From an uncultured Pseudomonadota bacterium (GTDB lineage Bacteria; Vulcanimicrobiota; Vulcanimicrobiia; Eremiobacterales; Eremiobacteraceae), in contig CAVTNB010000001.1 of NCBI GenBank assembly GCA_963736005.1, positions 1,632,001-1,696,000 on the forward strand: a stretch of 64,000 nt of DNA, written 5' to 3'. Below the pieces are notes generated by a model that did no database searches, was not told the DNA's origin, and saw only the letters and a list, made by a program, of their open reading frames with translations. Position numbers and translations under genes: made by a program. Numbering within the stretch: position 1 is the stretch's first letter; the number at the start of each line of letters is the position of its first letter. Positions 29,363-38,513 of the stretch are shown here, piece after piece.

Positions 29363-31327
29363 CTACGTGGAGTTTTTGGGGCGGCCCAGTTGCGCGCTCC
29401 ATCGAAACATCATAACGATCGCAATCGCAAAGACGATCGCCCCAAGCGGCATTGCAAAGCGCTGGAACGAGTCACCGACAAGCGCAAACGGTGTCGCGTT
29501 GCCGCTTGCAACAATGACCCCGGCCAGAAGCACGCCGAAAAGACTCTCCCCGACGATCAAGCCCGATGCAATGAGCACTCCCATGCGTCTTGCAACGTCG
29601 GCGCCTGGCCGATTCGCCGTTTGGCGATTGTACAACCAACCCACCACGGCGCCGAGCACGGCTGCCGACGTGGTGGCTGCCGGCAGATAGATTCCCAACC
29701 CTACCGCGAGAGGTGGTAGCTGAAAGCGTGTGGTTGCTTTTAGCACTTCGTCGACAACGATCATGGCGATTCCAATAAGAACGCCAATGCCGATAAGATC
29801 CCAATTGATTTGACCGACGATCACGCCTTTGGCCAATGCCGAAATCAAGGTCGCCTGCGGGGCGGGCAACGCATGCGCACCGGCGCCGAACCCGTATGCC
29901 TTATTGAGGAGGCTCAGAATTGGCGGAATGACGATTGAGCCAAAGATCACTCCCGCAACCAGCGACACCTGTTGCCGCCACGGTGTGGCATCGACCAGTT
30001 GACCGGTCTTGAGATCCTGCAAATTGTCGTTCGAGATTGTCGCGACGTTGAGCAACACGGCGGTGACGAAGAGCGCATAAGCAACGAGGGCAGGCGCACC
30101 GGTTGCTCCGGCGCTTTTGGCAACGACGAGCAAGAGCAGCGCTGCCCCAATGATACTCAAGATGCCGAGTCCCGAAACAGGACTGTTGGATGCCCCGATG
30201 AGGCCGGCCATATAACCGCATGCGGCTGCAACAAAGAATCCCGCGACGACAACGTACAGCACTCCGGCTATGACTAATGGAACCGTCAACGATGCAACCG
30301 CACTGCCTTGGAGAAAGACGACAAACAAGAACGCCAGCGGGATGAAACATGCCAAACTAATAAGCGCAACGGTCCCTATGGGCAAGTCGCGCTCGGTGCG
30401 CGGGAGCGTACTGATCCTGCCCTGCTCGGCCGCCCGAATGCGCGCAGCAGCAAGAGAAGACGCGATGCCCGCATAGACCGGCTTGAAGAGTTTGGCGATC
30501 GTCCAGAGGGCGGCAATCCCGATTGTGCCAGCGCCAATGAACCGCACTTGGTGCGCCCAAACATTGATAGCAACATCGACGGGTGCACCAGCGGCAGGGT
30601 GGAGCGCGGTGAGCATGGGCGTCAAGATGCCCCATGCGATGACGAGGCCGGTGAGAATCGCAAGACCAACGGAAATGCCGATCAGATATCCGGCGCCCAC
30701 GAGCGCGAGCGACATCCCCACGCCGAAGCCGGTGGCGGCGTTGCCGATCCGAAAGTATCCCGCAACCGAATCCGTGAACACGCGCGCCGCAACGATCGCC
30801 GCGTAGCCCGCTGAAGCAAGCGCACCGACGGAAAGCGCAACCAACCCTCGCCGATTTTCCTCTATCGATTCGGCAGTCTCGCCTCGCGCTCCAACGCCGA
30901 CTTTCAACACCTCTGCGGCAGCAACGCCTTCCGGATACGGCAAATTCGACTGCGTGACGAGTGCCCGCCGCAGCGGTACGCTGTACATTACGCCAAGGAT
31001 GCCGCCAATCGCGCAGACCGCAAAGGATTCCCAGTACGGAAAGCCGGTCCACCATCCTACCATCACGAGACCTGGGAGCACGAAAATGATGGCGGAGAGA
31101 GTGCCCGCCGCCGATGCGACGGTCTGAACAATATTGTTCTCAAAAATGGTGGCGTTGCGAAATGCGCGCAGCACCGCCATGGAAATCACAGCCGCGGGAA
31201 TCGACGTTGCAAACGTCAGTCCAACTTTGAGGCCAAGATACACGTTAGCGGCGGTGAAGACGAGCGTGATCGCAGCACCAAGCACGATCCCACGCCACGT
31301 CAGTTCGAGACGGGCATCAGAGCTCAT
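29363..31327 (-). CDS. OPT-family oligopeptide transporter
   Basis: NVYLGLKVGLTFATSIPAAVIS, ENNIVQT, LPYPEG, NDNLQDLKTG. Confidence 0.95.
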   Translation of the reverse strand: MSSDARLELTWRGIVLGAAITLVFTAANVYLGLKVGLTFATSIPAAVISMAVLRAFRNATIFENNIVQTVASAAGTLSAIIFVLPGLVMVGWWTGFPYWESFAVCAIGGILGVMYSVPLRRALVTQSNLPYPEGVAAAEVLKVGVGARGETAESIEENRRGLVALSVGALASAGYAAIVAARVFTDSVAGYFRIGNAATGFGVGMSLALVGAGYLIGISVGLAILTGLVIAWGILTPMLTALHPAAGAPVDVAINVWAHQVRFIGAGTIGIAALWTIAKLFKPVYAGIASSLAAARIRAAEQGRISTLPRTERDLPIGTVALISLACFIPLAFLFVVFLQGSAVASLTVPLVIAGVLYVVVAGFFVAAACGYMAGLIGASNSPVSGLGILSIIGAALLLLVVAKSAGATGAPALVAYALFVTAVLLNVATISNDNLQDLKTGQLVDATPWRQQVSLVAGVIFGSIVIPPILSLLNKAYGFGAGAHALPAPQATLISALAKGVIVGQINWDLIGIGVLIGIAMIVVDEVLKATTRFQLPPLAVGLGIYLPAATTSAAVLGAVVGWLYNRQTANRPGADVARRMGVLIASGLIVGESLFGVLLAGVIVASGNATPFALVGDSFQRFAMPLGAIVFAIAIVMMFRWSAQLGRPKNST

Positions 31328-31333
31328 GAGTGC

Positions 31334-31624
31334 CTATTGTTGCTGCTCTATGCGAACGATGCGGCGCTCGTGATCGTCAAGCCACTCAGCAACGTTCCAC
31401 GCTTCGATGCGGACCACACGTCGCTCGACCCGTACGAGGTCCGATTCTAACCTCGTTACTGCGGATGACAGATGGGTCACCTCAGATGACAACGTCGTCA
31501 TCTCGGACGACAACGTCGTCATCTCGGACGACAAGCGATCAAAGCCAGACTCCGTCGTCTCTTTCAGTCCGACCAGAAAATCCCAAACATCTGCAAGGTT
31601 CGTCACGTCGAATTCGCCTGTCAC
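31334..31624 (-). CDS. Small coiled-coil heptad-repeat protein (start uncertain)
   Basis: LSSEMTT-LSSEMTT-LSSEVTH-LSSAVTR heptads; ends LDDHERRIVRIE. Confidence 0.6.
   Translation of the reverse strand: MTGEFDVTNLADVWDFLVGLKETTESGFDRLSSEMTTLSSEMTTLSSEVTHLSSAVTRLESDLVRVERRVVRIEAWNVAEWLDDHERRIVRIEQQQ
31467..31534. repeat. 21-bp tandem repeat within the CDS
   Basis: GACAACGTCGTCATCTCGGAC twice exact, plus degenerate copies. Confidence 0.85.
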
Positions 31625-31786
31625 CCTCCAACTTTCACGATTGTTCGACGCTCCGTCAAGCCAAAACCTGGCCTGCGCAGGCAATCGCGAATACGCCGTC
31701 GCGGTGGCGGCCAACGCCGACGCAGCAGCAACTTTAAAGCCTTAAAACGGAGTGCGCCTGGTGGTGGAACGAGGCATGATAGGGGC

Positions 31787-32290
31787 ATGAATGTCTCAAT
31801 CGACCCCACTGAGTTTCGCATCGTCCCCTTGGCACTCGATCTCGCGGACCGAATTCGGCAAACGCTGGCCGACGAATTTGGCAACCGTCTTGCAGTATGG
31901 GAGGCAGATTCGGTTCCGTGCCGGCTGTGTCTGCAACGCACCAAGCCCGGGGAACCCGTTATACTTTTTGCCCATCGCCCGTTTGACTTCACTGGGCCAT
32001 ACGCCGAGGTTGGGCCAATTTTTATTCACGCGCGCGCATGCGAGCGCTACGCGAACTCCAGCCTTTTCCCGCCTGACTTTACAGACCGAGTGCTCACCAT
32101 GAGGGGATACAACGCAGACGGCCGCATCGAGTCAGCCGAACTATCCGAGCGTGGAAACCCAGAAGCAACGATCGGCAAGCTCTTTGCCAACGCGCGCGTG
32201 CAGTTCGTCCATGTCCGAAATCCGGCATGGGGTTGTTACGATTTTCGCGTGGAGCGTGAGCGGACCTATAGGTCCGCTGCTACATTTTAG
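31787..32290 (+). CDS. DUF1203 domain protein
   Basis: PCRLCL, PYAEVGPIFIHA, HVRNPAWGCY. Confidence 0.85.
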   Translation: MNVSIDPTEFRIVPLALDLADRIRQTLADEFGNRLAVWEADSVPCRLCLQRTKPGEPVILFAHRPFDFTGPYAEVGPIFIHARACERYANSSLFPPDFTDRVLTMRGYNADGRIESAELSERGNPEATIGKLFANARVQFVHVRNPAWGCYDFRVERERTYRSAATF

Positions 32291-32883
32291 CTTCCGTAGC
32301 GCGCTATTTGGCGATGGGCCACCGCGTTGCCAGGATCGATCCGCAAGACCTCACGCCAGTACTTGAGCGCGAGCGGCACGTTGCCGGCGTGCAGGCTCGA
32401 CCAAGCCGCAAAATCCCAATAGAACATGGTGTCCGGCGCGAGTTGCGCGCTGCGATAGAAAGCAGCGGCCGCTGGCTCGTAATCCTTGTGCATGTAATAC
32501 GTGCGGCCGAGATCGAATTCGAGCGGGGCGTACGTGGGGTTGTACGAGATCCCCTGTGTAAGGATGGAAAGTGCCAGTTGTCGCTGCGCTTCATCGGACG
32601 GTGCCTTCATCATCACCAACTCTGCCCAGCCCTGCCACCCTTCGGGAATTTTCTTGTAAATGTGGGTTGACTTGATGTAGTAGTGGTATGCAGCCGGAAT
32701 TTGCAGCGAACGTTCGAAGCTCAAGCCGCGATAGTACACTGAGAACGCAAAAAGCGGCCGAAAGAGAAACCACCCAATGACCACGACAAGGATCAAGATG
32801 ATCCAGCGGTCGTACGTGCGGATGACGTATGGGCGGTGGTCTGCGCCGGCCACGGGAACGGTGACGACAGACTCGGACGTCAT
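32287..32883 (-). CDS. Membrane-anchored TPR protein
   Basis: N-terminal TM and TPR-like helices (LGRTYY, ALKYWREVLRIDPGN). Confidence 0.75.
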   Translation of the reverse strand: MTSESVVTVPVAGADHRPYVIRTYDRWIILILVVVIGWFLFRPLFAFSVYYRGLSFERSLQIPAAYHYYIKSTHIYKKIPEGWQGWAELVMMKAPSDEAQRQLALSILTQGISYNPTYAPLEFDLGRTYYMHKDYEPAAAAFYRSAQLAPDTMFYWDFAAWSSLHAGNVPLALKYWREVLRIDPGNAVAHRQIARYGS

Positions 32884-33572
32884 GCGATGACCGTGAAGAA
32901 GAGCGCGAGGAAGACGAGCACGTAGCCTGCGACCATTTCAGCAGCCAGATGCCATTTCTTGACTGCAGGGTGATGCATGTACCAGGGTGCAAGCGACCCG
33001 ACGAACAGGACCGGCATGCCATGCCCAATGCCGAACATGACCATCAGCATGCCTCCTAGGCCAATCTTCCCGTGAAACGTACTCACGCCAAGAGCGCCGA
33101 TCATAAAGGGCGTCGCGTCGGGTGCAATGAGGAACGCAAAGCCGACACCCAGCAAGAATGCACCAATGATGCCGTGGCCGATGACTTGGAAGCCGGGTAC
33201 TTTCCAATGAAACTCGATGAGCCTGATCATCGCGAGCCCCATGACCAGACAGAGCGCCGCTGTGAAATAGTAAAGAAAGCCCGTCATGGAAAGCAGAGCA
33301 CCGAACGAGCCTGCCATCACGCCGACCATACCGTACACTGTGCAGATGCCCACCACGAAGGCCACAGAAAGGACGATCGCTCCCCACAGACCTTTTGCTT
33401 CTTTCCCCGCATAATTGACAATCGCGACCATTCGGGGAACGCTGGAGGGGCTGAGACTACTTAAGATACCGCCGACGATCATAATGAGATATGCCAACGC
33501 TCGATGATGGTCGATGACGTCACCGATCTGCTCGGAAAACTCCCAGGGGTTGTTCAGTTGGGACCAGTCCAT
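32880..33572 (-). CDS. CcdA/DsbD-like membrane protein lacking the redox cysteines
   Basis: 6 TM. GILSSLSPSSVP and LIAPDATP align to the SPC and PC motifs; FGIGHGMP. Confidence 0.75.
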   Translation of the reverse strand: MDWSQLNNPWEFSEQIGDVIDHHRALAYLIMIVGGILSSLSPSSVPRMVAIVNYAGKEAKGLWGAIVLSVAFVVGICTVYGMVGVMAGSFGALLSMTGFLYYFTAALCLVMGLAMIRLIEFHWKVPGFQVIGHGIIGAFLLGVGFAFLIAPDATPFMIGALGVSTFHGKIGLGGMLMVMFGIGHGMPVLFVGSLAPWYMHHPAVKKWHLAAEMVAGYVLVFLALFFTVIA

Positions 33573-33671
33573 GTCTCTTTGAATTATCGGCAAACAGTGT
33601 GAGCGCGGTAGCCGCTGGATCCTGCGGGACATGGGATTCCCAGGCTTAACCCCGAAGGGCAAAGGCAACCC

Positions 33672-33905
33672 ATGATCACACATGCCGAGCTCGAAAGCCT
33701 CATTCACGCAGCGCTCCCTGACGCCACCGTCGAGACCCGGGACCGGACGGGGACACTCGATCATTACAATGTAAGAGTTGTCTCGATGCTCTTCTCCGGC
33801 AAGTCTCTGTTGGACCAGCATCGAATGGTGTATGACGCGCTCTCCGGCGCACTTAAGGATGGGCGGCTGCATGCCGTCGAGTTGAAGACGGAAGTGACAC
33901 GATGA
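33672..33905 (+). CDS. bolA: BolA family protein
   Basis: DHY..VVS..FSGKSLLDQHRMVY..L...LHA. Confidence 0.92.
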   Translation: MITHAELESLIHAALPDATVETRDRTGTLDHYNVRVVSMLFSGKSLLDQHRMVYDALSGALKDGRLHAVELKTEVTR

Positions 33906-34234
33906 CCGAAGACCTAAAGAAGCAAATTCAAGACGAAATCAGCGCGCATAAGATTCTCGTCTACGGAAAGGGCACCAAACAGGCGCCTCGCTGCGGCTTC
34001 ACCCTTGAAACCATCGACTTTTTTAATCAATTGGGGTTTCCGTTTGAAGTCAAAGACGTGCTTGCTGATAATGAGAAGCGCGAGGCCCTAACCGAGATCA
34101 CGAACTGGCCGACGCTGCCCAAGGTCTTTATCAACGGAAAGTTTTACGGCGACACGGACATCCTCGGTCCAATGGTTGAAAATGGCGAGCTCGAACGCAT
34201 CCTTACCGATGCCTTCGCAGATGCTCGCGCGTGA
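33902..34234 (+). CDS. grxD: Monothiol glutaredoxin (Grx4 type, CGFT variant)
   Basis: KGT..PRCGFT, WPTLP; coupled to bolA. Confidence 0.88.
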   Translation: MTEDLKKQIQDEISAHKILVYGKGTKQAPRCGFTLETIDFFNQLGFPFEVKDVLADNEKREALTEITNWPTLPKVFINGKFYGDTDILGPMVENGELERILTDAFADARA

Positions 34235-34332
34235 CGAGGCGAGCGGATATCGTTTAGCTTCCTCGAACAGTCTCTGTCCCAGGCTTGGCCCTTCTTTGAG
34301 GCCACGTCATTGATCGTTTCTTGATAAGGAAC

Positions 34333-35787
34333 ATGCGAACACTTTTCGGACGACGCGGCGCACAGGAAGCGTCGGACCCGCCGCGACCGACTCCATTGGG
34401 TGGTGCCGCCTTCACAGCGGCGGCCGTCTTGGCCATTGCTCTCTTTGTCTCTGTGTTGGGATCCGCCGTCACCTACGTTCGGGTCGATGCGGCCTACAAA
34501 CAGCAAAATGCGGTCGAAAGCGCTAAAGGGGAACTCGAAGCCCTGTTCCGCAGTCAGCTCGATGAGGAGACAAGTCTGCGCGGCTATCTCGCCTCGGGCC
34601 AGAAGGTGTTCTTAGAGCCATACACCACGGCGCAGCCCCGCTTTCGCCAAGCACTCGACGCATTGCAAAGTGACTTGGAGCAAGCGCAACTAACCGACGG
34701 CTACCCGGTCGTGTTCGATGTGCGCCACAGTCACGATTTGTGGCAGGTACAGGTTGCCAAACCACTCCTCAGCCACCCAACGGCCCCAGGCGAAATGGAG
34801 TTGTTGCAGCGCGGAAAGACCATCGTCGACCGCATTCGTTTGGACTTCACCCAGCTGAGTGATTTGCTGGATAGCCAGTCTCGCCTCGCGCAAGATGCGG
34901 TCCGGTCGCTCCTTTTGCGTGCCGCGCTCTTGACGGCCGCGCTTATTTTGCTCTTCGGAGCGATCGCCATCGTGGCAGACATCGTTCGTTCGCGCACCCA
35001 AGCGTCGTTGGAACGAGAGCGCATTGTTGGCGACACTCTGCAGCGAGCGTTTCTCAGCGGTTGGGATTCGTGTCCATACATCGAGGTTGGCACCGCCTAT
35101 GTTTCGGCGGCACGCCATCTTGCCATTGGCGGCGACCTCTTTGACGTCCACAGCGTTGACGATCATCGCTGCTTGCTGGTCGTTGCAGACGTCAGTGGCA
35201 AGGGTCTTGATGCCGCAGTTGACACAGCTTTTGTCAAGTATTCGCTTCGCTCGCTCGTGGCCGAGCATCAGGATCCATCGGTCATCCTGAAAAAGTTCAA
35301 TGCCGCGTTCCTGCGATCGGTCCGGGATGACACCTCGTTTGTCAGTCTCTTCGCCGGCGTGCTCGATGCCTCGAAGTCAACGCTGCAGTACGCGAGCGCC
35401 GGGCACTCTCCCGTGTATCTCCGACGCGACGACGACGTGCGGCAATTGCCCGTCACCGGCCCGCTCGTTGGCCTGCGCATCGAAGACGATTTCGCCTCGG
35501 CAACAGAGACGCTTGCGCCGCACGATATTATCGTGCTCTCCACCGACGGGTTCACGGAGGCGCGCGACACGGCCGGGATGATGATCGACGACGCGGGCGC
35601 CATGCGCATCATCCGAGAAGCGCCACAGCCACCTCAAGAAATGGCCGACTTCATTGTGGCGGCAGTCACCCGGGCATCCGGCGGCCGAATCGCGGATGAC
35701 CTAGCGCTCCTCGTGGTCGAGCTTACCGGGACCGGAGTTGAGCAAACCCCGGCGCCGCAAGGGTTTGCGACGACGGTTGGGGCGTAG
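34333..35787 (+). CDS. CHASE3-like sensor plus SpoIIE/PP2C phosphatase
   Basis: DEETSLRGY, GGDLFD, ADVSGKG, SAGH, TDG, DDLA. Confidence 0.9.
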   Translation: MRTLFGRRGAQEASDPPRPTPLGGAAFTAAAVLAIALFVSVLGSAVTYVRVDAAYKQQNAVESAKGELEALFRSQLDEETSLRGYLASGQKVFLEPYTTAQPRFRQALDALQSDLEQAQLTDGYPVVFDVRHSHDLWQVQVAKPLLSHPTAPGEMELLQRGKTIVDRIRLDFTQLSDLLDSQSRLAQDAVRSLLLRAALLTAALILLFGAIAIVADIVRSRTQASLERERIVGDTLQRAFLSGWDSCPYIEVGTAYVSAARHLAIGGDLFDVHSVDDHRCLLVVADVSGKGLDAAVDTAFVKYSLRSLVAEHQDPSVILKKFNAAFLRSVRDDTSFVSLFAGVLDASKSTLQYASAGHSPVYLRRDDDVRQLPVTGPLVGLRIEDDFASATETLAPHDIIVLSTDGFTEARDTAGMMIDDAGAMRIIREAPQPPQEMADFIVAAVTRASGGRIADDLALLVVELTGTGVEQTPAPQGFATTVGA

Positions 35788-35793
35788 GCGCGC

Positions 35794-36003
35794 GTGCGTT
35801 CGGGCTTAACGTGCGAGGACTGTGGCGAGGTCCTGTGGCTCAGCCAGGGTCCCGTGAACGTGCGCTGGCTGCGCGATCGCGAGCATGTCCTCCGCGAGGT
35901 GGCCGAACACTCCACCTCGGGTCTTGAGACCTGGATGAACGAAGGCTTGGCCTTTTTGGACGAGCATCGCGGTCACGGCATCATCGTCGTCACGGAGCAA
36001 TAA
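35794..36003 (+). CDS. Small hypothetical protein with CxxC...HxxH
   Basis: CEDC near the N-terminus and EHRGH near the C-terminus; terminator follows. Confidence 0.6.
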   Translation: MRSGLTCEDCGEVLWLSQGPVNVRWLRDREHVLREVAEHSTSGLETWMNEGLAFLDEHRGHGIIVVTEQ

Positions 36004-36031
36004 AAAAGAGCGAAGGACAACTTCGCTCTTT
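36002..36031. terminator. Bidirectional terminator
   Basis: AAAAAAGAGCGAAG-GACAA-CTTCGCTCTTT. Confidence 0.8.
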
Positions 36032-36062
36032 GGTTTCTTGATTGGCTAGAAGTGACGTAGCG

Positions 36063-36110
36063 TTATTTCTTTTTCTTGGTCTTCTTCGCAGCCTTCTTCT
36101 TCTTTGCCAT
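36063..36110 (-). CDS. 15-aa lysine-rich micropeptide MAKKKKAAKKTKKKK
   Basis: GGAGGTG RBS 7 nt before the ATG, TAA stop and terminator downstream. Not in the ORF track. Confidence 0.7.
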   Translation of the reverse strand: MAKKKKAAKKTKKKK

Positions 36111-36202
36111 TAATTACCACCTCCATTCTGCGGAGTAATGGGGTGAGTCGCTCACTTTATGAGCATGTCTCATGTAGTTGCTCGTTGCGTTGAAAGATTC
36201 CT

Positions 36203-37255
36203 TCAGGTGTGAATGTGCTCGTTGACGCGATCGCGCAGTGGTGTTCCCGAGCGCTTGTACTTTGCTGCAATCATTTCCGCGAGAATTGCAACGGCAATTT
36301 CTTCCGGCGATTGAGAACCGATGTCGAGTCCGATGGGACCATGCAATCGAGACACGACATCTGGATCAAGGCCTGCATCGCGCAATCGTTCGCGCCGAAG
36401 CGCTTGCGTTTTTTTCGATCCGATTGCGCCGACGTAGCAGGCGGGCGTTGGTAAAACTCGGATGAGCGTTGGATCGTCAAACTTTTCATCGTGGGTCAGC
36501 ACTGCGACGTAGGTGTTGTCATCCATGACGAGCTTGGGCAGCGCATCCTCTGGCCACTCAACCATGAGTTCCCGCGCATCTGGGAAGCGATCGCGATTGC
36601 ACAGCGTCGGGCGCGGATCGATCACAGTCACGGAGAAGCCCGCCACTGCTGCCATCCTGCACAGGGCCACCGCGATATGGACGGCGCCGACCAGGAGCAG
36701 GCGCGCTTCGGGCACGTTGACGTCGACAAAGACGTCGTACGCCCCGGCAGTGATGGTTTTCGACTGACCGGAGTCCATCAGCGCTTGGGCCGCTTGCAGC
36801 ACGTTCGACTGCAACGTGGCGTCGTCGAAGCCGCCACGAAGCTGACCATCGCCATAGGTAAGAATTCTCTGCCCGATGCGGTTTGGTCCGCGGACGATCG
36901 TGCAGATCGCTGATGCATGCTGCGGCCGAGCATCCGGTAGGAGCTGCGGTAGAGGCTCTATGAAGACGTCAATCGCTCCGCCGCACGACAGGCCGATCTC
37001 CCACATCATGCTGCGATTGATTCCGTAGTGCTCGATGCTGGGCGTGCCGGACGCCAGCACGTCCATGGCTGCCTGGGCGACCGCAGATTCAACGCAACCG
37101 CCGCTGACGGATCCAACGGTTTTTCCGGCGCGGGTGATCGCCATCTTGGCACCCTCGCCCCGCGGCGCCGACCCGTCGACGTTGATGACGGTTGCAAGTG
37201 CTATCTGTTCGCCGTCTTGGCGCCAACGTTCGATGGTGTCGCTGATGTCGTTCAT
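36203..37255 (-). CDS. XdhC/CoxI family molybdoenzyme maturation protein
   Basis: GSAPR, GSVSGGCVE, GLSCGG, THD..FD, YVGAIGS, GPIGLDIG, PEEIA. Confidence 0.92.
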   Translation of the reverse strand: MNDISDTIERWRQDGEQIALATVINVDGSAPRGEGAKMAITRAGKTVGSVSGGCVESAVAQAAMDVLASGTPSIEHYGINRSMMWEIGLSCGGAIDVFIEPLPQLLPDARPQHASAICTIVRGPNRIGQRILTYGDGQLRGGFDDATLQSNVLQAAQALMDSGQSKTITAGAYDVFVDVNVPEARLLLVGAVHIAVALCRMAAVAGFSVTVIDPRPTLCNRDRFPDARELMVEWPEDALPKLVMDDNTYVAVLTHDEKFDDPTLIRVLPTPACYVGAIGSKKTQALRRERLRDAGLDPDVVSRLHGPIGLDIGSQSPEEIAVAILAEMIAAKYKRSGTPLRDRVNEHIHT

Positions 37256-37280
37256 GGGCATCTCCAACGTGCGTGGCGTT

Positions 37281-38513
37281 TCATCCGGCCTCTTCGAGCA
37301 CAGAAAGCTGCCGGCGCACTGGTCGACGCCTGTCGACAGCGCGCAACGTCAAGACAAGCTGCACCAAGCTCTTGAGATTGTGGGCGGGCAGAAAGTCGTC
37401 GATGAACGGCAGCGCCGCCCGCATGCCCACGGTCTGCGGCCGGTAGTTTGTGGCGCCGAGCAGCGGATTCAACCAGATGAGCCGGAACGCGGAACGCTGC
37501 AGCCGCTGCATCTCGCGCGCCAGAAGCCCAATGTCGCCGCGATCCCAGCCGTCGCTGATGATGATGACGATGGCACCCCGGGCGAGCACGCGTCGTGCCC
37601 AGCGCACGTTGAACTCGCGCAGGCATTCACCGATGCGCGTGCCACCGCCCCAGTCGGCGACCGTGGCGGCAACGTGGTTGAGCGCTTCGTTAACGTCGCG
37701 CTGTCGGAGCTGCCGCGTGATGCGCGTCAGTCTGGTACCAAAGACGAACGCCTCGACCTTGCCGATCGAGTGGCGCATCACATGGATGAATTGCAACAGC
37801 AAGCGCGAGTAGCGATCCATCGAGCCAGAGATATCGCACAGCAAGACGACGTCTCGCTGCCGCAACCGCGGCGTTCGGGTGCGCAGCTGCATGGTCTCGC
37901 CATAGTGCCGCAAACTCGCTCGCAACGTTCTGCGCGGATCGAACGCGCCACCGTGACCGGGCGCTGTTCGCCGCGATGCTCGCATCCCAAATTCCAGGCG
38001 CTTGTGTTTGGCAAGCTCGTGCGCCAGTTCGAGTTCCGTCTCGCTCAATTTCGAAAAATCTTTTTCCCCAAGCGCTTCGGCGAAGCTGTAGGTGAAACTA
38101 CGATCGCCCTGCTGGACGATCCGAGCGCCCGCTGCGTCACCCGCTGCCAAGGGTGGCGATGCAGTTGCGCGCGATTCGCGGGTTTTTTCTGCGTTTGCGG
38201 GAGGCCGCGGCTCGTCTGGCTCTCGACCGGTGGCAGGCTCGCCATCGTTGGTCCGAGAGGGTTCAGCTTTTTCCAAAGCCTTCGGGAGACCCGACCAAAA
38301 CGCGTCAAAGGCGGCATCGAAGCGACGCTGCTCGTCGGCATTGCGCACGAACACGCAGCGGCCGGCCTGCTTCACGTCATCGCGAGAGGCAAAACCAATT
38401 TGGCCAAGTGAGCGCGCGAACAAGACGATGCGATCGGGCTGGGCACCAAGTCCGAGCGCACGCAGCAGTCGACCAAACACGATGCAGTTGGCAGCTATGG
38501 CCGAGTCGCTCAC
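37281..38513 (-). CDS. CoxE-like VWA domain protein
   Basis: CDISGSM, FVFGTRLT, GGTRIG, SDGWDRGD, WLNPL. Confidence 0.92.
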   Translation of the reverse strand: MSDSAIAANCIVFGRLLRALGLGAQPDRIVLFARSLGQIGFASRDDVKQAGRCVFVRNADEQRRFDAAFDAFWSGLPKALEKAEPSRTNDGEPATGREPDEPRPPANAEKTRESRATASPPLAAGDAAGARIVQQGDRSFTYSFAEALGEKDFSKLSETELELAHELAKHKRLEFGMRASRRTAPGHGGAFDPRRTLRASLRHYGETMQLRTRTPRLRQRDVVLLCDISGSMDRYSRLLLQFIHVMRHSIGKVEAFVFGTRLTRITRQLRQRDVNEALNHVAATVADWGGGTRIGECLREFNVRWARRVLARGAIVIIISDGWDRGDIGLLAREMQRLQRSAFRLIWLNPLLGATNYRPQTVGMRAALPFIDDFLPAHNLKSLVQLVLTLRAVDRRRPVRRQLSVLEEAG

